A stretch of DNA of 63,827 nucleotides, counting the filler, from Reclinomonas americana ATCC 50394 (taxonomy: Eukaryota): NCBI GenBank assembly GCA_048213135.1. It is 9 parts of 8 records of this genome, joined end to end, with 100 filler letters (N's around TTAATTAATTAA, not from the genome) between each part and the next. Parts side by side here need not be neighbours in the genome. Positions count along the whole stretch, not along the records: positions 1 to 13,114 come from AFZH01015917.1; positions 13,215 to 22,964 come from AFZH01015918.1; positions 23,065 to 33,185 come from PS015868.1; 6 more parts are not named here. One strand, 5' to 3'. Under the pieces are notes generated by a model, which made no database searches, was not told the DNA's origin, and saw only the letters and a list, made by a program, of their open reading frames with translations. Both the position numbers and the translations under genes were made by a program. This document shows positions 12,116 through 23,693 of the stretch, piece by piece. How positions within the stretch are numbered: position 1 is the first letter of the stretch; each line of letters begins with the position of its first letter.

Positions 12116-13016
12116 ATGGGCTGCGGAACAAGTACGGTGAAGGCGCCTGTGATGGAGGCAGCGAGTGCGGCTGTGGAGAACAAGGTGTGCACAGACTGCA
12201 TTGCATGCGCACTGACTCGCTTGCGTGACATATGACATGTGCTGTTTTTTTGTTTTCGTGAGCAGTCGGCGTATGACGACCAGGTGTGTGTGCGCGCGTG
12301 CGTGTGTGTTGTCTTATAGCCTCTTCCTGCTTACACTGTGCGCCATGGAGCAGGAGATTGAGGAGGCGATTCGTCACTTGCGGACGGTGTGTGTGAGAAG
12401 CGTTGTTTTCTCGCACAACGCAAGTGTGTGTGCTCACCCTCTGTGTGCGTGTGTGCAGTGGTTTGACTCTGACGTGTTCAAGTCACGGTGAGCGCGCGCT
12501 CATTCACGTCGGTGACGGTTGAGATGCGCGGAACACTGACTCGTGTGTGTTTCTCACGCAGCTTTTCCGCGACTGTGTTTGTGCGAGGTGAGCACGCTGA
12601 TTGTTTGCTGCAGTGCGTCAGAGTGTGATGCTGAGTGTGTGTTGTGTGTTGCAGCGGACGTGGATCAGTCTGGGTTTGTGGATGTCGACGAGTTGCACAA
12701 GATGCATTCCGACGCCGTTTCCGGTGAGTCGCACCAAACGTGACACGAGAGAGATATCGGATATTGAATGCGCGCTCTCTGCGTCGCAGGGTTGCGGAAC
12801 ATGGCGGCGGAGAACAAGCGTGCTGGTATCCGCATGCCGACCCGTGAGGACACGGGCGTGCTGCTGAAGGAGCTCGACGCGAATCACGACGACAAGCTCA
12901 ATCGCACCGAGCTCGACAAGTTCATTCGCTACGCTTTCGAGTCGTGCACGCGCGGTGGCATGAAGGCCGGCGTTCTGTCGCCTGGCGAGGTGGATGAGCT
13001 CACGCAAGCAGTGTGA
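12116..13016 (+). CDS. EF-hand paralog with MGCGTS N-terminus
   Basis: EF loops DVDQSGFVDVDE and DANHDDKLNRTE; intron positions match the 11048-11956 gene. Confidence 0.85.
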
Positions 13017-13158
13017 GATGTGTGTGGCGTGATTCTCTGGCCCACTGCTGCGCGACGGCGTTGGTGTATCGAGTAAAAAAATCTTTGTTGTTTTTTACGT
13101 CGGCTATAAACCAANNNNNNNNNNNNNNNNNNNNNNNNNNNNNNNNNNNNNNNNNNNN

Positions 13159-13170
13159 TTAATTAATTAA
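13159..13170. other. Artificial assembly linker TTAATTAATTAA inside an N run
   Basis: Identical 12-mer with stops in all frames, also at 23009, 33230, 41136, 52871, 54359, 56836 and 61957. Confidence 0.97.
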
Positions 13171-13214
13171 NNNNNNNNNNNNNNNNNNNNNNNNNNNNNN
13201 NNNNNNNNNNNNNN

Positions 13215-13950
13215 TTGGATGCATCTGCAAGCGCACGCCGACAGCTGATGAGTAATGAAGAAAACTACGTCACTCCTCCACACACACACAGCACGCAACG
13301 ATTCAATCGCGTGGTTCTTGCTGCGCAGCGTCTGTGCGACAACACAACACACACACAGTCAGTCAAACTATTCTGGCAAACTGTCCAAAGACGTGCATAC
13401 CTGAATGGCAGCCGCCACCGCATCGAGACTTTGCTGCACGTTGAGAGACCACTCATGAGCGACACACGCACAGTGAAAGCGACAAGCGGGAGAGAGAGAG
13501 CGCGGAACAACACACGCGCGCAATGTCCTCAAACACGACAACACCATCGACGGCTGTGCACCGACGCACACAACAGCCACGCATCGAGGTACGCACACAT
13601 AACGCAATCTCACTTGCCAAGTAGCACGTGGCCAGCCAAGTGCATAACAAACCAAGTGGAAATGTCGCACACATACACACACACAAGCAAAAGCACTCTC
13701 TCTTGCTCTCTCACTGTAAGGGTGCATGTGGCCTTCCTACGAGAGCACGCACCAGTGTCGTCTCGCCACTGCCACCAGCTGCAGCTGTCCTTCCACCCCT
13801 CCTCGGAGCTCCGGGCCCTGCTGCTGCACCTGCGGCTGCGGACGACGCTGCAGGGGGCGGTTGTGGTGCTGCTGATGACATGGGCGCGCCAGGCGCCGTC
13901 TGAGACGGAGCGCGCACAGGTCTACGGTTGCCGCCGGCGCCGCCTGACAT
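13215..13950 (-). CDS. Hypothetical protein, 5' part (truncated by gap)
   Basis: ATG 13950, Ala/Gly/Pro-rich first exon, small exons QSLDAVAAAIQ and TLRSKNHAIESLRA with plausible splice sites. Confidence 0.4.
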
Positions 13951-14071
13951 CGTCGGTGTTGAGGATTCGTGTTGAGGCCTGTTGAAGGTGGGAGCGGGAC
14001 AGGATCCTTTTTGTCCACGGACACGACACATTGAATGCGTGATCGACTACCAGCCGAAGTCTTTTCATATG

Positions 14072-14116
14072 CAACAAACAAGCAACAGCTGTCTTGATGA
14101 CCAAGTTCAACCGTAT
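14072..14116 (-). repeat. 45-nt dispersed element, copy A
   Basis: Reverse complement matches 43534-43578 at 44/45 positions. Confidence 0.85.
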
Positions 14117-14144
14117 TCTTTTTGATATGCAAAACACGTGTCAT

Positions 14145-17100
14145 TCATTTGGCTGCGTCGACGTCTGCATGTCGATCGCGACGGCCAGCCAGCTCAAGCA
14201 ACTCGTCTTCCCAACCGAGGCAGCGGCACAACTGCAGCACGGCATCGTCACAGTTGCCGAGAACTTGCAGATCACGGTAGTGATGCGTCCACTCCGAGTC
14301 GAGCTCCACCGGGTTGGTGGCCAGATCGCGGAAGGGACCGGCTGCTTCGCGATTGAAGAGAACGCGTGGCACAAGTGGGTCGAACTCGTTCAGCAGACCG
14401 GCAAACGGATACACCTGGCGGAAGAGGGACAAGTGCGTTTGTTCAGCGTCGATCCCCCTTGGTCAAAAACACTGATCAATAATAGTGCAAATGGTCACCT
14501 GCAGACTGCTGCCCATGCACATCACCAAGTCCACCTTGCCGGCCGGCGACGTGTCGGCCACCCTCGTCTCGGCAAAGCGATTCGGCAGCGCCTCTCCAAA
14601 GAAGGTGACATCGGGTCGGAGTAACCGGTTGCAGTGGTGACAGACGGGAACCAGTCCGGCCTCCAGTCGTTCCCAAAATTCACTCATGTCGGCGGCGGGG
14701 GCCTCCTTGCTCCACGTGACGTTCTTGTCCTCGTGAGGTGCCGACTGCCTGACTGCTGCCTGAATGTCGAGCGGTGCCAGTCGCTGGCCATGGAAAGAGC
14801 ACGCCTCGTTGTAGCAGTAGGCAGTGCAGAGTGACCCGTGGGCCTCCACGAGCAGGTCCTGTTGGATGCCGGTCACGTGATCCAGCAGGTCGACGTTCTG
14901 GGTATGCACTCGGCGAAGAATGCCCTGGACGAGAGAAGGGAGGGAAGATGAGGATTTGTCAGTGATTACAGAAAACTGCAAGAAGAGAGAAGCAGGAGGA
15001 AGACAAACAAACAGTCAAACCAGCAGAGAGGCATAAAGCTAGAGAGAGGAGAGAACAATTGGGCACCGGACACCCCAACAAGTTACCTTGTTTTGCAACA
15101 GCCTCGCAAACCAGTGCGCCAGCGTCGGCCGAATCCTGCCCCTCACCACCGGCAAGAACACCGTCCTCAGCAATCGGCACATGGGACGCGGATCCCTCGT
15201 CATGGACTCCAGATCAAACACCGACCCACCCGGCGGCACTCCAAACTCTCGCGCCCCAGCCTCCGAGTACAGCCCGTCGGCCGAGCGGAAATCGGGAATG
15301 CCGGCGGCCGTGCTGATGCCGGCCCCAAACATGAGCAGCACACGCGACGTTCGCCCGCTCTTGATGCGCTCCGCCACCGCCTCCAGAGACGGCCGCTCAC
15401 CTTGGAACACCGACTTGCGTTGCTCCAGCGACAGACGCATGGCAGCAGCCGGTGGACGCGAGACGGCTCGGCGCGCCTTGTTCGGGTCAAAGAGGGCCAG
15501 TTGGTCGGGCGCGGTGGCCTCGGCAGCGGCGCGCAGCACCGACAGTGTCTCGGTGTGCTTCATCGAGTGCGCCATGTGCATAGCATTCCAGCCTTGGTCA
15601 CTCTCAGCAAACACATTCGCTCCGGCCTCCAGCAGCAGGCGTGCCAGCTGCAGTCCGCGCGGGCCGGCAATGCAGGCGGCGATCATGAGAGGTGTCGAGC
15701 GCGAGTAGTCCACCGTGTCGACCGGCGTGCGAGTGAGCAGACAGCGCACCGAGGCCACCAGATTCTCCAACTCGGCTCGCTGAGTGGCGGCCGCGCTGCA
15801 AGCCGAATGCAGGGCCGTCATGCCGTCATTGTCACGCGAGAGCGGATCGGCGTTGCCAAAGTCCAGCAACAATTGCACCAAATCGGCATGACCAGCTGCC
15901 GCCGCCTCGTGAAGGGCGGTGGTGCCAAAGCAGGTGGCTGTCATCGAGACTCAAGGTCAGAAGGAAAGCAACTCAGCGGTCAAGCAAGGCCATGCCACTC
16001 ACCGGCGGCGCACAGCTGCGCTCGAGCGTCGAAACTGTCACCGGCATACTCCAGCAACAAGCGAGCAATCTCAGTGTGGCCGCGCACCGCCGACACCGTA
16101 AGCGGAGTGCTGCGGTCACGCTTGCATCGCGTCGCATCGGCGCCGTGCTCCAGCAGAATCTTGGTCACCTCGAGGCTGCCACGGAGGCAGCCGGCGTGGA
16201 GCGGGGTGGCGCCCTGCGCATTCGGAATATTCACCAGCTCGCTCGCGGTCTCCTTGTCCACGCCTTCCGACAGGGCTCGAACACATCCAACGCGACCTGC
16301 GCAGGTGGTGGGAGGCAATGAGTGCTGAACGCAGTGGAAGCAGCATCGCACAGGTACAAACCGTTGTACGCTGCCACATACAATGGCGTCTCCAGCGACT
16401 GATCGGTGGCCAGTCGCGGGTTCGCCCCTCGCCGCAACAGTTCCACCACCATATGATCATGACCATTGTTGGCAGCGATGAGAAGCGCTGTCTGGCCGCG
16501 CTCAGTTGTCGTGTTCACCGAGATCCGAGGACACGCCTGCAAATGGTATTATTATTAGCAATGATCAGCGACAGCTGTCGAACCGCCCCCCTCCCTGGCC
16601 ATGAAGACTCACCACGAGCACATCAAAGATCTCCTGATCCCCCCGCGCCACCGCCACATGCAACGGCGTCCATCCATTGCCGTTGGCCGCACTGGCCAAA
16701 TCGGCGTCGGGCGCCGCTGCAAGCACCTGTCGCACGCACTCCACATGCCCGCCCAGCACCGCATAGTGCAACGGCGTCCACCGTTGCCACGTGGTGGCCG
16801 TCACAGCCTCCGTCACCACGCGCGGATCGTACTGTCGCAGGCGATCCAGCAGGGTGGCCAGACACGCCGGCGAATGCCGCGCGGCCAGCATCAGCAGAGT
16901 CTCCCCACCGCCAGTGCTGTGATTCTCCTCACTCGGCCGCTCACGCGCCGTGCGGAAGCGCAGCAGTGCCGTGAGTGGATCCACCGCAGCGGAATCGTCC
17001 AACTTGAGCAGCAGACTGAGTTGTGTGTGCAGGTCAGCCACGTGACTGGCCAGAATGCACTGTGTGAGGACGCGGAGGTGATGCAGGTATGGGCGCAGTT

Positions 17101-17239
17101 GTTGTTGATCTTCGTCCTCATGCGGAACTGGCTGAACAGCTGCACGGCGCCGACGATGATTGAAAATCCACAGCAGAACGGAGCTGAGAAGCAGCGCAGC
17201 TGCGGTGAAGAGCACAGGAGGAGACGCGAGCAGTTCCAT
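14145..17239 (-). CDS. N-terminal TM anchor + ankyrin repeats + class I sirtuin (SIR2) deacylase domain
   Basis: Hydrophobic LFTAAALLLSSVLLWIF; ankyrin motifs WTPLHYA, WTPLHVA, ATPLHAG, TTALHEA. Sirtuin motifs GAGISTAAGIPDFRS, TQNVD, EAHGS, Zn cysteines CYNEAC/CHHC, PDVTFFGEALP, MGSSLQVYPFA, LFNRE. Confidence 0.88.
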
Positions 17240-17509
17240 CTCCCTCTCTGTGGTACTTGAACTCGTGGAGTGTCTTTGCTCACGAAAAAAAGCGAAAATA
17301 TTAATAGCTCGGAACAACTTCCGGGTCCCTTGCACACAGACGCACCCGTATGGCGTGTACTCCCTCAGGTGGCACAATTACTTTACTAATCCAAACAGCA
17401 GCAGCAGCTGCATGATGATCACCATCACTTCGTGGTTGAAGTTTAGTTCGAGTCCACGGTCCATCGGCTCGACCACCAACCTGTTCTCCCCCTTTGTGTG
17501 AGAGAAGAC

Positions 17510-18627
17510 ATGGCAAGCGCGGCCGCCTCCAGCCACGTGCGACGCAAGGGCCTCGCCAAGTGGCACGACTTGTATCAGAAGCGCACCACGCCGGTGTGTG
17601 TGTGAAAGAGAATGCAGATCACTCACTCTCACTCGATCGCTCACTCTCTCTCTCTCACACACACACAGTGGGACTCTGGTCGTCCAGCCTCACAGTTGGT
17701 CGACTACATTCGCCAGCACCCACTTCCTCCTGACAGCCAAGTGCTGGAGATTGGTGCGCGCTTCCTCACACAAGAATTTGACATGATCCATCAACCATCA
17801 TCATCAATCGCTGATCGATCGCTTCGTCAGGTTGTGGCACTGCCTCCACCTCACTGTACTTGGCCGACTGTGGATACCGCGTGGTGGCGTGCGATCTGTG
17901 TGAGGAACCACTGGAGGGAATGAGGTGAGTGGGAGTAATGACGATTCTCTCTTTGCCTTCTTCACTCGTGTCCGCGCGCGCGCAGGGAGCAAGCGGAGGC
18001 GTATGGCTTTGACAAGGTCCGCTTTCTCGTGGCCGATGTGATGATGTTGCCGGCGGGCGTCTCCTACGATACGGCTCCGTGGTACGAGTTGCGTACCTGA
18101 TTGTTGTATTGCACTGTACGTATTCTGGAGTTCGTGTCTCACCTTGGCGTGCAGTGGGATGACAGCGCAGGCGCAACGCACGTGGCCGTCGCCGCCGACC
18201 AGCGAGGGCCAGTTCGATATGATCTACGACTGCCAGTGCTACCACGTGCTGCGTCGCGAGTTTGATGAATACGAGGTGCAGTACATGCATCGCTTCTCTC
18301 CCACCGATATCATCGCACTGACTTGTGTGCGTCGGGCAGACCATTCGCCATCTGCACTCGCTGTTGCGACCCGACGGTATCTTCTTCTCGCTGACCGGAC
18401 GCACCGATGCCGAGTTCTCGCCAATGGAGGGCGACGATGAGGGTGCGGATGGCACGCCGGTGGTGGCTCGGCGCGAGTTGCTGCGCGAGTTTGTCGACAC
18501 GGGCCTGTTCGCGCTCGAGTCGCTCACCGAGTCGGTGTTTGACACCACGCCGGGGTACGCGAATCGCGCCGGTGGCGTGCCGCCTTGTTGGGTCGGCGTG
18601 TTCCGCAAGCTGCCCGCCGCCAAATGA
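17510..18627 (+). CDS. Class I SAM-dependent methyltransferase (TPMT/thiol-methyltransferase-like)
   Basis: Spliced PWDSGRP, motif I VLEIGCGT, VVACDL, FDMIYDCQCYH, LLRPDG. Confidence 0.8.
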
Positions 18628-18723
18628 ACCCCTTGTACCCTACCACCTAGACACACACATTTGTTTCTAATACAATCTCTCTCCTCTCTTCTCTCTCTCT
18701 CTCTCGCTGTTGTTCGTTAATTA

Positions 18724-20961
18724 CTACCTGGCACCAATCTCTGTGAGACCCCAGTCGACAGTCGTCGCCTCGTTGTGGGCGCAGTCGATGCCACAGAAAC
18801 CGCGACGGCCCTGCTGGATGCGGGCCAGATGCACCGCAGCGTCAAACACCTCGCGGAACTCGCCAGCGTCGACCTCGGTGTGCACTGGCGGGTCGACGGG
18901 CTTGAGGTCGGAGCGCACGTGGTGCTTGTCCTCGTGTACGTTGCGCCAGTTGAGGTACGTCTTGTGCGTCCATCGCGCCAAGTTGCGCATGGCCGTCTGC
19001 GTCCAAAAGTTCAACGGGAACAACTCCAGCACCACGGCGTTCTCCGGCATCCACAGCACGTGCGTCATGCCGGCTCCGTGCATGCCCACCAGCAGGTCGG
19101 TCTGCCGAGCCAGTAGCATCTGTTCGGCCAGCGTGATCTCGCCAAAGTCCACCTCGGTCACCACGGCGTGTGTGGTGGCCCGAATGATGCGCAGAATCTC
19201 CTCCTCGTTGGTGATGACGCGCGAGATGAACTGGCCCGGCTTGTAGTTGCGTCGCGAAAACGTGATGCGCAGCGGCGCGTCGGCTCGCACGTGATTGGCA
19301 TCCAGCAGCTTGAGACGGCGCAGCATGAAACGCACAAAGGCCTGCAGCACGGCGCTCTCCGCACACTCGGCCGGTCGCCACAAATCCTGCCAGATGAAGC
19401 TGGAGGGGGCGGGGATCGACAGCAGCACCTTCTTGAAGCACACGCGACCGGTGCCGTACGTCTTGACGGCGTCGGCAAGACGCAACACGGGACCGCCGGG
19501 CGACAGGTGTTGCCACAGCTCGAAGAAGTTGCCGTCGGGGTACTGCGCGAGGCGTGTCAGTCTCGCAGCAGCGAGCGGGGGGAGAGCAGTGGTCAAGTAG
19601 GAACGCACAGAATCCGCAATAATCACTTGCGGCTCGAGGAAATTGATGCCGGCCATCAGGTAGGCCATGTAGGCGTTGAGGAACTCGGCCATTTCTGCGC
19701 CACCACACCGACGTGAGCGCCACGACGTTGCAGCAGCAATACTCACTCCCACGCAACTGTGAAAGTAATTGTCGCCCTCCTCGCGAGTGACGAGCAGCAC
19801 CGGGTGCTCGACGGTTTCCGTGCACGTGTCGCCGAGCGGTTGCTTCGAGCCCGTGATGTAGTCCACTGAGCGCTCCAATTGAACCCACGTCCACTGCAGC
19901 AGACGCGCGCGCCGAATTGGCCACAGACACACTCTCACTCTCACAAAGAAAATACACCACGTTACCTTGGCCTCGCTCATCTGCGGCGACCACACACAGT
20001 TCAGCTCGACGCCCTTGCCGCCGCGCTGCAGTTTGCCAAAGTCAATGGTGGCATCCGACAAGTGGCAGAACGAGTCGACGCGTGGCCGCGCCGCCTGATA
20101 CACATCGTGACAGGTGAATCGCGAATGCAGGAAGCCACGTGGCTGCGAGCGCGGTGGCGTGCACAGCGCCCGCTTGTTGGACCACCACCGTCGCAAGAAC
20201 CCGAATCCAAGTCCCGCATCGCACGCCTCCTCGTGCTTCGTGACACCACCGACGCGTCGCGTGACCTCCAACGGCGACGACACCTCGCTAAAGTACGCAC
20301 TCACTCCATCGCCGGTGATATCCGTGTCGTCCGTGTCCAGCTCGACAACCGGCTCCTGCGGCTCCTCTTGCTGCTGCTGCTGCTGCATCTCCTCATCTGC
20401 TGCTTGCTCTTCCGCCTGCTGCTGTTGCTGTTGTTGCTGTTGCTGCAGCTCTTCCTCTTCTCTTCGCCGCGCAGCCTCTGCTTCCTGTTGCTGCACCTGC
20501 AGCGCCTTGTCCTCCTCAAACAGCCATGCATACTCCTTGCGCATTCTCCGATGCTCCATCTCCCTATCCTCCAGCGTCTCCGCCAACTGCGCAACCTCCA
20601 GCTCCAATCGATGCTACACACACAGGAGAAGAGTAAGCACACCCAGTCTCTCTGCAACTGTTGCTTGCATCCACGAAACAATCGTCGCATCGGCTTCGTC
20701 GTATAATGAGCGATACCCACCCGCCGCCAACTTCTCAAACACCGCCGACGCAGAGGCCGCAGACGCGCCTCCACGTCGCTCACCACCACCACCAGGCGAC
20801 ACAGCAACCAAGCCTCCAGCAGGGCGTCTGCGCCACACCACCATCAACAGCAGCAACACAGTGCACACCACTGCAGCGGCCACCACAAGCTGTCGCCGAG
20901 TCGACGACACCCATAGACGCCGGCATCGAAGCACCAAGCGACGCGCAAGCAGTGACACCAT
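18724..20961 (-). CDS. Glycosyltransferase family 61 (EOGT-like), type II membrane protein
   Basis: N-terminal TM, Q/E-rich stem, NYFH..AEFLNAY, VCFKKVLL, LLVGMHGAGMTHVLW, VLELFP. Confidence 0.82.
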
Positions 20962-21163
20962 TCACAATCTCACAGATCGCGAGGACTGACTGCAGCGTAA
21001 TATAAAAGGACGATCACAACAAAGCAACAGGTTCTGCAGGTTGGAAGCGTAGTAGACAACACATACACAGCTGCAACTGCGAAAACGCCTTTGTTTTTGC
21101 ATCTGAGTTGCTGTTTGTTAGGCGCGACGTCGACGTTCGCATTTCGTTTTTCTCCACCACGCA

Positions 21164-22594
21164 ATGTCGTTGCAGAGGGTTCGCGTTCTTCGCATGTGCG
21201 TCTTCGCCACTGGTGGCACTCTCTGTGCGGTGTTTGTGCTGTCGCTGCTGGCATCGCTGCTGCGAATGGCGTCGGTCGGTGCACCGCGCGCGAATGTCTC
21301 CACCGAGGAGTCGCGAGCGGCGTGGGCGCGCGCTGGTGGTGTGCAAGATGAGGCGTTGTTGGAGCGCATGGGCGTCGATCTGGCGGAGCTGACCAAGTCG
21401 TGGCAGGAGCAGAGAGTCGCAGGTGCGTGCGTGTGTGCGACACGTGTGACAGTTGACTGATCGCGCTTGCAACGCACAGGGACGATGTCGTGGCGAGGTG
21501 TGTGGTTTGGTGACGTTCTCTCTTTCTATGTGCGTGTCCTCATTTGATGATGCAGAGTTCAAGCGGCGATACAATCCATCGTTTGCCGATCGCACCGTGC
21601 GACGGCGATCGCCATCGGAGGCGCCGGTGCGAGTCTTTGATGGGTTCATGTTCAACGATGAGCTCGATCTGCTGGAGATACGCTTGCATGAGCTGGAGAA
21701 TGTCGTCGATGTGCACATTCTCGTCGAGTCGCCGTACACGCTGCGCAACGCGTCGAAACCGCTGCATTTCATGGAGAACCGGGAGCGCTTTGCGGCGTTT
21801 GCGCACAAGATCGTGCATGTGGTGGTGGACACGCCGGCCCCCGACTTTCAGTTGCGATCGCTCACTCCTTACCCTCGTTTTCCCTCTCTCCCTCATCGCT
21901 CCACCCGCGCAGGTACTGGGAGAACGAGGTGCTGTTCCGTGATGCCATCGGGCAGCGTGGCTTTGCTCGCACCGACATTCGCGGCGACGATCTGGTGCTC
22001 GTCAGCGATGTCGATGAGATCCCCGACGCGCGCGTCGTGCAGTTCCTCAAGCATCACGTGGGCTACCCGCCCATGTTGCGATTGCGCATGAAATGGGTGC
22101 TGCTGACGTTCGCGTGGACCACCGAGAAGCTGTGGGAGTCGGCGGCGGTGATCCGTGCAGGCGAGGTCTTCAAGCGAAATAACGCCACCAACGAAGTGCG
22201 GCGAGTGGGACTCGATTTGGAGGACCAGGGCAAGGTCGGCGATGACAGCCAGTGGGCCGGCTGGCACGCCTCGTGGTGTGTGCCGCTGATGGGCATTCGC
22301 CACAAGCTGCAACGATTTGCGCACATTGAGCTGGACACGCCGGAGAACAATGATGTGACGCGCTTTGTGGGCATGCGCCAGACGGGCACCTGGTTCAACG
22401 GTGTGCGACACGGGCGCAAGGCGACGGCCAAGGACCCCATGTTTGCGCCACTGTACGCCATGGCGCATCCGGAGAAGTTTGGCTATCTGCTGGACCCGTA
22501 CTCATCACGAGGCGATCCCATGCTCACTGCCGAGCTCAAGAGGATAGAAGAGGAGAAGCAGAAAGCCGCGCGAGAGCGTGACCGTCAAGGATAA
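21164..22594 (+). CDS. Glycosyltransferase family 17 (beta-1,4-GlcNAc transferase, MGAT3-like)
   Basis: TM anchor; FNDELDLLEIRLHEL..VDVHILVES, SDVDEIP, GWHASWC. Confidence 0.87.
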
Positions 22595-22660
22595 TAATCA
22601 TCATCGTCATCAATACACCTAGATCAAATCACAAACAACGCCCGCACACCACAGAGTTGA

Positions 22661-23498
22661 TTACTGAATTCCACACTTCAGACTGAAGGTGTTGGCGCCG
22701 CCGAGGGCCGCCAGTGCCACCTTGGACCGATTGGGTCTGCCCAGCTGCTGGCAAATGTAGTCACCGGCGGCGATCAGCGCCTTCAGATCCACGTCGGTCT
22801 TCACGCCGAGGCCGTTGAGCATGTAGACCACGTCCTCCGTGGCCACATTGCCCGAGGCGCCGGCGGCGTACGGGCAGCCGCCGAGACCCGCCACACTCGA
22901 GTCACAAATGGAGATACCCATCTGCAACACAACACAGTTCAGCAACACAGAGCGACGCACGAAGNNNNNNNNNNNNNNNNNNNNNNNNNNNNNNNNNNNN
23001 NNNNNNNNTTAATTAATTAANNNNNNNNNNNNNNNNNNNNNNNNNNNNNNNNNNNNNNNNNNNNAAGTCACGCGATCGCTGAGGGGAGGAACACGCACCT
23101 GCGGCACCCACGTAGGCGACACAAAGCTCCCCGGCTCAATCACCGACAGACCCGTGTCGGAGAGCATGTTGACGAACTGGATCTTTTGCTCCGGTGTCAA
23201 GTTGACCTTTTCATTCTGCAGGCCATCGCGCGGACCAACCTCGACAATCTTCACGCGCGAGGCAATGGTTTCACCCTGCACACGCACACACGAGTGAGCC
23301 ACCACCGCTGATGCAGTCAGTCAGTCAGTCGTGTGTGAGCTGCTGACCGGAACAAAGAGCGGTGTCTTGCGTTGAAAGCCCGACGCAGTCGGACTGGAGG
23401 CAGTGCTCGCGTGCGACGAGTTGACGATGTTTGCACCGACTCCGGATCGATCGCCAGCGCGCTGTGTGTGTGTGATTGTAGAGACAGAGAGTGAGCCA
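22661..23498 (-). CDS. HMGCL: Hydroxymethylglutaryl-CoA lyase (middle lost in gap; start uncertain)
   Basis: [49 protein letters not shown]. Confidence 0.9.
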
Positions 23499-23693
23499 TG
23501 CCCGCTCTCACAGAGCACATTACACACACTCACTCACATAAACAAGTGACTTGAATCGCAGTTGATGTGACACCAGAGAGCCTCTTTGAAGGAGGAGACT
23601 CCGCGACACAGCGGGCAACATTGAAAGAAAGTACATACAGACAATCACAGGTGATGACGTCACTTCGCGCCACTCAAAGCAAACCTCTCTGCG

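Noticed and set aside
720..17239. Bacterial-style SIR2 + STAND NADase defence operon
   Set aside because: The sirtuin has class I deacylase motifs and a Zn module, lies on the other strand and is separated by a linker gap.
18082..18094. GTTGCG at 18088 as another shifted donor
   Set aside because: A standard GTACGA donor six bases upstream gives the same phase, so it is ambiguous and was not counted.
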